DNA from: Octopus sinensis
Taxonomy: Eukaryota
Assembly (NCBI RefSeq): GCF_006345805.1
Contig: NC_043017.1
Coordinates: 2,914,001 to 2,978,000, forward strand
Direction of reading: 5' to 3'
DNA: 64,000 nt
The position numbers and the translations under genes were made by a program. How positions within the stretch are numbered: position 1 is the stretch's first letter; the number at the start of each line of letters is the position of its first letter. Shown here piece by piece: positions 54,615 through 64,000 of the stretch. Under the pieces are notes generated by a model that was not told where the DNA came from, made no database searches, and was given only the letters and a program-made list of their open reading frames with translations.

Positions 54615-54805
54615 ACAGCTGAACCTTACAAGTTTTTTTTTCATTCTCTCTCTGCTTATTTCTTTTTATTCCCTTCTGCTGAAGAGCGTTGGATCGAAAT
54701 ATAAAAGACCTTTTTATTTTTCTCGAGCGTCAAACTAATACGTTTTCTTGTTGTTTGATCTTACACCTGTTTTCGTCTTTTGCTTTTCTATAAATTTCAA
54801 CTATA
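54615..54805 (+). mobile_element. Penelope-like terminal repeat (HHR-bearing family), decayed
   Basis: ctgctgaagagcgttggatcgaaatataaaagac...gagcgtcaaactaatac...aaatttcaactata. Confidence 0.6.
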
Positions 54806-55155
54806 TATATGTGTGTGTGTATGTGTATAGGTACGTATATATGTATGTAACTGTGTGTGTGTTTTGTGTTTGTGTTTGTCCCATCACCACCGCTTGAATA
54901 CCCCGTAAGTTAGTGGTTGGTCTATAGAGAACTATACAACGAAAACAAACATTCATTGTAGATATGATATTCTACTTCAATAAAATTACTCTCGTAGCAC
55001 TTACGCCAATTATTATACCCTATACCACAGTGCATTTTCATATCGGAAAGTTGTGCATGTGCACTGTATACAAATTGTCAGATAAAGAGTAAAAAAGTTG
55101 CCCTTCAAAAAACATAGATAAAAAAATTATATTTCGACTTACATCCATACTTACA

Positions 55156-55360
55156 TAGGGGAAGGCGTGGCTGTGTAGCAAGAAGTTTGCTTCCCAACCA
55201 TATGGTTCTGGTTCCAATCCCACTGCGTCGACCCTTGGGCAAGTGTCCTCTACTATAGCCTTGGGCCGACCAAAGCCGTTTGAGTGGGTTTGGTAGATGA
55301 AAATTAGAAGAAACCCGTCGTATACATCGCTCGACAACCGATTTTGATGCGTTAACGTGT
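55156..55360 (+). mobile_element. SINE family A, diverged 5' half
   Basis: ggcgtggctgtgtagcaag...cttgggcaagtgtcctctactatagcc. Confidence 0.75.
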
Positions 55361-55583
55361 CCTCTTGTATATCTCGTCCATTGTCATCGTTGGCTCTTAT
55401 AGTTAAATATATATCTAATAGTTAATGTACTTGAATCAGGATTTAATGATCCAAGCTGTGACTTACTCTGTTCTTTCCCAATATAACTGAGATCATACTT
55501 TAGCACCATTGGTAATATAAATTCTGATTGTTTACATTACATGATATAATCATATTATCTAATACTCATGAATATATACATAC

Positions 55584-55659
<76 letters not shown>

Positions 55660-55676
55660 GTATGTATCTATATGGA

Positions 55677-55995
55677 GACGCAATGGCCCAGTGGTCAGGG
55701 CAGCGGACTCGCGGTCGGAGGATTGCGGCTTCGGTTTCCCAGACCGGAGCCTTGTGTGTGTTTATTCAGCGAAAACACCTAAAAGCTCCGCGAGGCTCCG
55801 ACAGGGGGTGGTGGCGAGCCCTGTTGTGCTCTTTCGCTACAACTTGCTCTCACTCTCTCTCTCTCTCTCTCTCTCGTCCTGTTTCTTAAGTAACGCTGCG
55901 ATGGACTGGCATCCCGTCCAGCTAGGGGGAACACATACGCCACAGAGACCGGGAAACCGGGCCCATGAGCCTAGCTAGCCTTGAAAAGAGCGACG
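55677..55995 (+). mobile_element. SINE family C (V-SINE-like core)
   Basis: Collinear with the 18674 copy. Confidence 0.88.
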
Positions 55996-58035
55996 TTCAT
56001 CGTTTTATATATCTATATCTATATCTATATATATATGTATATACATATATATATGTATGTATATATATATAAATTCATATAATGTGTACTTTATATATTG
56101 AAATGTATATATTATATAAAAAAGTTATTTCTGTTGATGGTTACAAACTCGTACAAACACCACATTTACACACACTAAATACATGCATTTATAAGTATGT
56201 ATATATGCGGCATATTTATGAGTAAATTTATATTCATACATACACACACATAACCATATAAACACATACACATGCACAGAGAAAATACTAGATCATGTTA
56301 CACATTGGTGTGATTGCTAACTGAGGGAGAAGTGTGTATTGTAGGGCGGCTACGCAAACATCTGAGAAAAACAAATGAAGCTGAAAGTTAACAAGACCTG
56401 GTCTTGCAAACCGAAAAGCATTAGCAATGATTTCGCAGCAGTTGTTTTGAATTTATTGTTTTCACGTTCAATTTAGAAGTGAAAACATCATTGTCGCGCT
56501 GTTGTGTTGTTGTTTTTCCTTCTCCTGCTGTTTATTTGCTTAGAGCACTTACAGAGGCATGTCCTGTCAATTTTAATAGCTTACGTTTTACGCCTGTACA
56601 TATTTAGATAAAATATACGAGTATTAGGAAGTCCACGACATGGTTTTTTACTTACTGATCCTCCCGTTTCTCATTCCAAATATTAATTATATCCCTTTTA
56701 AAAATTATTTCATCAGAACAATATTATGTGCAATCATACATGCATATACTAATATACACATATCTATGCATATATGTGAGTATGTGTGTAGGCAAGTATG
56801 TATGTACGCATGTATGTATGAGTGTATGTATATGTCTATGCATGCGTCTAAGCATGTATTTATGTCTATATATATATATATATGTGTGTGTGCGTGTGTG
56901 TGTATGAATACATACCCATGTATATATACACACGTATATAATATGCATACTGCTCGATAGATACATAGCAACATATACATGTATATATATATACATATAT
57001 ATGTGTGTGTGCATGTGTGTGTGTATGTATGTATATATATATTTATAAAAAGAGAGAGGGATACATAAACAAATATATTATATAACTATATATATATATA
57101 TATACATATATTAATATGTATGTGTATGTGGACATATATGTATGCTTAAATATGTGCATGTGTAGATATGCGTATGCACATGTACATATATATGCACTTT
57201 GGTATATATATTTACATATGATTATATGTATATGCATATATATATATATATATATTGCACATAATATGTATATATACGCATAAGTTTATGCTTATGTACA
57301 CACACGCACGCGATTAATATATACATGCATATAACTGTCTGGTGTGTGTGCATCGTATATATATATACGCACATGCGAGTCTATATAGACATGTACAGAT
57401 ATGAATTTCTATATACACAATATTTATACGCATATACTTACATTCAAACAACCACACACCTTCACACAAACACAAACGCGAACATACACACACACTGGAA
57501 ACTTACACACACACGCAGGCACATTCACGGAGAAACATGTATGCATACACGTATACAAAGTCACACATATACACACTTATTTGCAATTTGCATCGATATA
57601 CTTATAGATTTATTGCAACTTGCTCAGATTTACATTATGAAAAAAGGAAAAAAAAAAACAGTGAATATAGGCCTCTTTTCACAAAAGTCCATTTGTTAGG
57701 CATCAATACACACCATTAAAGAAGTAGCATGTATAAATGTTACTGCCACAGACACCATTTACAACTCATCGATTACGGCTCCGACAAACAATAGATGCAA
57801 AAATTAATGCACATCGTAGACCTATTGGAAGCCTTTCAGATTGAGTTTAATTAAAGGCTACTTTGTAAGTGTGTGCGTGTGTTTATGTATGTGTGTGTGT
57901 GTTTATGTATTTGTATACGTATATTTATACGCATACACACGTACACACGCATATATATGCATATCTGTAACTAGGAATGATTGGATGCATGGAACTATGC
58001 ATGTAATTATATATATATATATATATAATATATAT

Positions 58036-58088
<53 letters not shown>

Positions 58089-58809
58089 TGAGAAAGTATT
58101 AATACACATTAATACTATATTCAAGCATATATATATATATATACATAGATACATACATATATGTATGTGTGTGTATATATGTATATATATATTAGCATAC
58201 ATACATATATATATATGTATATATATGTATATGTATGTATATATATGAATGTATGTATGTGTATATAAACACACATCTGTAAGGGAGATTTAACTTAAGT
58301 GATTTAGTAAGTTACACTATATCCTTTTTAGTCGCTGTTACTATATATGGTTACATAAACAAGATTACAAACACAAACACACATACGCATTTACATATGT
58401 GCATATATATATACATATGCATATATATACACATATATGCATAAACACAGTAGTGAGTTTTTCTGCATGAGCTTTTGTGATTGCAGGTCTACATAAAAGT
58501 TGCTATTAACTTCTGTGCATTAAAATATTATGAGAAGCTAATAGTGTGAGAAGAACTCAGGCATTCCTACACGACCGTGCTGCTACATATATATTGTATA
58601 CTCACACATAGTCACGCATATAGTCATGCAGATGCACACACACACATACATACATATCGTACAATCCTTGACATATGCAAGTACATTAACATTCCCCCCC
58701 ATTACACAATATAGAAGCTGAAATTACTAAACGGCTTCTAGATCCAAACATAGAATTATAATGTGGAAAGTTTAGTAAATGTAAGCTTCAATATAGGAAG
58801 AGAAATTAA

Positions 58810-59640
58810 GGTTGTTAGCAGGAAGAATTTTGATCGTGCTTTGATTTTACGTTCTGTGAGTCCAAATGACGCCGGGGTCAACTTTTCACTCCCTCGAGGT
58901 CGATTACATGAGCGGCAGTTGAACATAGTGTTAGATGAAACATGCTGGACTCGTGCAAAGATTTGAAGCCAAAGTTTTCGCCAAAGTGCTTTCTTTAGTT
59001 ACTGTCGTTTTTGTTCTGAGTTCAAATCCAGAATCAACTCACATTATCTCTTATAATTTGAAGTGTGATAAAAGTGGCGAGCTGGCAGAAACGTTAGCAC
59101 GCCGGGTGGTATTTCGTCTGGCGTTACGTTGTGAGTTCAATTTCCGCCGAGGTCGATTTTGCCTTTCATCCTTTCGAGGTGAGATTAAATAAGGACCAGT
59201 TACGCAATGGGGTCGATATATTCGACTTAATCCGTTTGTCTGTCCTTGTTTGTCCCCTCTGTGTTTAGCCCCTTGTGGGTAGTAAAGAAATAGGTATTTC
59301 GTTTACCACTACGTTCTGAGGTCAAATTCCGCCGAGGTCGACTTGGCTTTTTATCCTTTCGGGGTCGATTAAGTACCAGTTATGCACTAGGTTCCCGCAA
59401 ATCTCAGGCCTATAATAATTATTATTATAGGCGTCGACCTAGCAGAATCATTAGCACGCCAAGCAAAATGCTTAGCGACATTTCCTCCGTCGTTACGTCT
59501 TGAGTTCACATCCCTACCCAGGTTGACTTTGTCATTCATCCTTTCTGGGTCCATGAAATAATTACCAGTTACGTACTGGTGTTGATGTAATAGACTAACC
59601 CTTTTCACCCAAAATTTCAGGCATTGTGCTTACAGCTGAA
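58810..59640 (+). mobile_element. Cluster of family B SINE copies
   Basis: A full copy at ~59076-59292 plus fragments at ~58810-58975, 59293-59390 and 59430-59640. Confidence 0.8.
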
Positions 59641-60242
59641 AGAATTTTAAGTTCGACATGATAAAAAAAATACAAGAAATGCCCAAATACTGGAGATCAA
59701 TATGATCGATTCACCGATTTCTCTCACAATGGCTGCTCTTGTGCTTAGTTTACATTCTGCGTATTGCTTATATGTGTGTGTTTGTATGTGCATGCGTGCG
59801 AACGTGTTTTTCTTTTGGGTCATTTTCAGAGGGCACTGTCTCTGTTTTACAGTATTCTTTATTTGTTGTTAATTCATCTAGGTCACCAATTAAGCAATTA
59901 AATAATCGATTGTTAGACAAATCGTTTGATCAATATACTAATCAATCAGTTAGTGTGTCAGAGATTATTTGTTGCCATACAAGACCGAGACAACATTGTG
60001 CCTTCCTCGTTCCAGACTTGTCACGCATTATATTGACATAAAACGTGCGCATGCACACACATTCACACATACACACGCACACAAGAACAAACACACATAA
60101 CAACACGAGTACAATACAAAAATGTATGCACATCAAATACTCATTTGTATATAAGCACATGCAGTATATGTTCAAATGGACGAATGAAAGTTATAATTAT
60201 CTATAAGTAGCTAGTTATTATCAGGAACAATCCATTGGTGTA

Positions 60243-60306
<64 letters not shown>

Positions 60307-60437
60307 GGGTATTGGTATCTAGAAGTCCCAAAGAGTGGCAGATTACGCTAAGCAAATCCTATGGACAGACCGTAGTTAAACTCTTGGTTCGATAGTGGTA
60401 CGTGTGAAGAGTCTAATGTGGGTTTTGCATAAGCATG

Positions 60438-60472
<35 letters not shown>

Positions 60473-60633
60473 CACAAAATGAAAGAACAAAGTCAAGGCT
60501 TTGAGGAGTTTTCACGACTTTTATGAAGAAAAAGATATAGATTGAGTTATAGAAACACCTGTAAGACTATATATCTTTATCGTTGTAAATGTCCTGAAAA
60601 CTCCTCACACTCTTCGCTGTGTTATCTCATTTG

Positions 60634-60669
<36 letters not shown>

Positions 60670-60699
60670 TCAGCCAGTTGCACGTAAATTTTACGAACA

Positions 60700-60912
60700 A
60701 ACTATTCCGATGATCGTATTAGCCATGATAGACCGTTAGCCCCTAAACCGTTTTCTATTTTCTCTCCCTGTTTATTTCTGTGTTCCTTTCTGACGAAGAG
60801 CGTAGGCTCGAAACGTAAAAACTTTCTCACTTCCCGAGCGTTAAGGTAATACATCTGTTTGTTGTTTACACACCTGTCATCGTTATTCGTTTTTTTTTGT
60901 AAATTCTAACTA
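60700..60912 (+). mobile_element. Penelope-like terminal repeat (HHR-bearing family)
   Basis: Same family as 43990 and 54615, flanked by microsatellites. Confidence 0.65.
60787..60820 (+). ncRNA. Minimal type I hammerhead with canonical core
   Basis: ttt-CTGACGA-a-gagc(gtag)gctc-GAAAC-GTA-aaa. Stem III is reduced to the palindrome ACGT. Predicted cleavage is 3' of 60817. Confidence 0.65.
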
Positions 60913-61162
60913 CATACATACTTACATATGCATACATACATATATATATATGTGTGTGTGTGTGTGTGTTGGTTTAGAGTTAAGTGTATGTGCGTTACAC
61001 AAAATATAATATATTGAAATGTTCTATATAAATACATATAATGTGTATATGTATACCCAGACGCATACATACCTGTATCGCTCTCTCTCTCTCTCTCTTT
61101 CTTTCTTTACATATATATCTATTTCTCTTTCTCTCTCTCCCCCCTCTCTCACACAATATATA

Positions 61163-61236
61163 TGGCCAGATAACTGAAGAGGTGGCGGCACGGTTTTCGA
61201 CCCCGGCATCAGAAACTCAGAGTTTTATCATGGCTA
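61163..61236 (+). ncRNA. Type I hammerhead ribozyme, near intact
   Basis: tggcca-gataa-CTGAAGA-ggtg.cgg/ccg.catc stem II-a-GAAAC-t(cag)a-GTT-ttatc-a-tggcta. Stem I has 11 bp with one bulge. Predicted cleavage is 3' of 61224. Confidence 0.75.
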
Positions 61237-61273
61237 CCGAATAATTGCCACATATTACATGTACATATACATG

Positions 61274-61380
<107 letters not shown>

Positions 61381-61654
61381 CATACATAGACAGACAAACA
61401 GATATGGATATAGCACACATACACTCACTCACTCAAATCCACAAACACAATTGTATGTATATATATATGCGTTTATGAACGAGTATGTAGTATAATACAA
61501 TATAGATTTAAGCCAGAAATTATTATCAGTTTTTTTTATAAATCTACAACTATTACTGAATACGAAACTGAGAAGGATATTGATGGATTATATGCCAAAC
61601 AGTACGTAAACACTTACCTATGTATGTATGCATGTATGTAAGTAGTATCGTACG

Positions 61655-61704
<50 letters not shown>

Positions 61705-62264
61705 ATATATATGTATAAGAACTTACAACCCAAATTAGTGATTTAGATGGAATATGAGAACCTACCCATAATTACTTACAAAAGTATGGCAATCATCGAG
61801 AAATATGTTCATACGTGCGAATGTATATACCTAAACGTATACGCACTTGCTGTCACACACCGACATAAAAATATATATGTTTGTGTCTGTGTGTGTGCGT
61901 GTGTATGTGGGTGTGTGGATGAGCGTGTGTGTGTGTGTGTCTATGTGCGGTGTATGTATATCTGCGCGAATGTTTGTATGTATACATATATTTCAGTATA
62001 CACGCATAGACGCTTATTCATGCATACATGCATAGATGCTTAAATACATACTGTTGTAGCCACACGCTTACACATGTACATACACAGACGCGTGCACACA
62101 CGCGCGCACACACTCATACACAAACACACATACAAACACGCACACGCACATATATGTATGTATGTTTACTGGCATAGTTAAAAGCAAAAATGAACTTATG
62201 TAGAACCTTGCTTTAAAAATACACCCTACGTAAATATATATATAATATATATATATATTATATA

Positions 62265-62325
<61 letters not shown>

Positions 62326-62850
62326 TATGAATATATACGTGTGACAGCGCGTGCGAGCGTGTGTATGTGTATCTACGTGAGTGTGTGTTTATTACATTCA
62401 CTTTTTCACTTACATATATGTGTATATATATATATATACATGTACATATGTGTGTGTATATATATATATATATATACATATATATACATATATGTAAGTG
62501 TGGCTGTCTCTGTGAGTTAGTGTGTATCTCTATGTTGGTGCCTATGTAATTCTGAGTAAATTCTTAGGTAATTTTCCTTATATCAAATTAATTAGAGAAT
62601 ATTTTGGTAATGCGAAAAGATTTGAAGAGAAGTCAATAAAAAATAAAGAAAACATACATTTATATAAATAAGTAAAAATCAAATTGAATTCAACGTAACT
62701 AAATTTAATTAAGCGATTCGAAAAAATATATAAAAAATATATTATCCTTTAGTTTCTATTAATTAATGTGTTCTTATAATTCGATTATATGTCATTTACA
62801 AAGACGAATAAGAACAATCACTGCTACACAGATAAATATTCCTCACTCAC

Positions 62851-63005
62851 TACAGAAATAACAAGAACCACGACTGCAACACGAGTCAATAACGGAGACG
62901 CTATGTGGTAGGTTGCCATGATTAAACTGGTAGTTCGTTCTCTTCCTTGAAAGCTCTATCTTGAAAATGAAGAAGGCCACATCTGTCGATGTAGTCGTTG
63001 AAAAT
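62851..63005 (-). CDS. Candidate start-codon exon encoding a signal-peptide-like N-terminus (MATYHIASPLLTRVAVVVLVISV)
   Basis: Acceptor ttatttcaaatacag| at 63006, aatcATGg at 62919, 23 codons ending in a hydrophobic run, then a phase-0 GTGAGT donor at 62850. Confidence 0.35.
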
Positions 63006-63246
63006 CTGTATTTGAAATAATGAAGGTTGGAACTGATCTACGATAGTAACTTACTTAAACGTTTAGCAGTGAAACCAGACACAACTCACCAAAATATTCT
63101 ATATCTTTTATGTTCAACCTGCGAAGGGCCTTTCATACCTACCATACAATGTCATTTTAAAGCTAAACAATGACATCTTCAAAATCTGGAAGCTACAACT
63201 TAATGTATAATTCAGAACAACGTAAATGTTCTGATTACTACATCTG

Positions 63247-63375
63247 ACCAGTGGTTTTCAACCGGGGTCTTTCAATGCCTAGATAAGCTTTTGCTGTTAA
63301 AATTTATGAGCAATAAATTGACTACATTACTACAATACACAAAACACTTTAACATTTTTAATGGGACTCCTAATA
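63247..63375. mobile_element. Possible hAT-type MITE fragment
   Basis: cagtggttttcaaccggggtc resembles CAGTGGTTCTCAACC termini. Confidence 0.35.
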
Positions 63376-63387
63376 ATATTTAATTGT

Positions 63388-63715
63388 AGAGGCGCAATTA
63401 ATATTTAATGGTTAGGGCAGCGGACTCGCGGTTGGAGGATTGCGGTTTCGATTCCCATACCGGGCGTTGTGTGTTTATTGAGCGAAAACACCTAAAGCTC
63501 CACAAGGCTCCGGCATGGGGTGGTGGCGACCCCTGTCGTACTCTTACTTTCTCTCACTCTTTCTTCCTGTTTCTTGAGTAATGCTACGATGGACTCGCGT
63601 CCCGTCCAGCTGGGGGGAGCACATACGCCATAGCAACCGGGAAACCGGGCCCATGAGCCTGGCTAGGTTTGAGATAGGCGCATAAATAAATAAATAAATA
63701 AATAGATAAATAAAA
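63388..63715 (+). mobile_element. SINE family C (V-SINE-like core)
   Basis: Collinear with the 18674 copy, with an (AAAT)n tail. atatttaatt on both sides looks like a TSD. Confidence 0.88.
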
Positions 63716-63734
63716 TGATATTTAATTAGATGAC

Positions 63735-63885
63735 AATAATAACATGAACTAGAACAACAACACGAGCTAATAACGGAGTCTCTATTTGGTAGATTGTCGA
63801 TGTCAAACTGGTCGCTCGTTCTTTCTCTCTTGAAAACTCTATGTTGTGTTAAAAACGACGAAGACCAAAACTGACAATGTGCACG
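63735..63885 (-). pseudogene. Diverged direct duplicate of the 62851-63005 segment
   Basis: caacacgagctaataacggagtctctatttggtag...aaactggtcgctcgttc aligns to caacacgagtcaataacggagacgctatgtggtag...aaactggtagttcgttc. The ATG and GTGAGT donor are absent. Confidence 0.45.
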
Positions 63886-64000
63886 AAGGTCCATGCAGAA
63901 AGTCTAAACTAGTGTTGACTTTGAGTTGATCACCATCAGCCGCCAAGACACAATGAGATCATACAGGATGTTGGAATTAATTCCGGCCATATCACATACT

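Noticed and set aside
56610-56685. Minus-strand CTGATGA...GAAAC
   Set aside because: No stem II, and C15.2 cannot pair with the AUC triplet.

Overview
Eukaryotic, AT-rich, repeat-saturated intronic or intergenic DNA. It is most likely from an octopus (coleoid cephalopod), judged from the SINE families and the dense (TA)n/(TACA)n/(GATA)n/trinucleotide microsatellites; this assignment is from recognition, not a search. No host protein-coding gene can be identified with confidence, and almost all ORFs in the supplied track are microsatellite read-throughs. Supportable features: (i) at least four tRNA-derived SINE families in many copies; (ii) decayed RTE-clade LINE pieces; (iii) mariner/Tc1 relics, one with both TIRs and TA target sites; (iv) non-autonomous Helitron-like elements; (v) Penelope-like terminal repeats next to (TA)n tracts; (vi) a few unproven exon candidates. 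The most notable signal is a set of type I hammerhead ribozyme (HHR) motifs. One has a complete catalytic core at the exact apex of a ~166-bp near-perfect inverted repeat (15469-15855), so stem I is a long dsRNA. A second foldback element (8469-8834) also encloses HHR-like motifs, and further near-intact (61163-61236, 60787-60820) and decayed HHRs are present. An HDV-like ribozyme fold candidate lies at 39914-39997. All RNA folds were paired by eye and need computational and biochemical confirmation.
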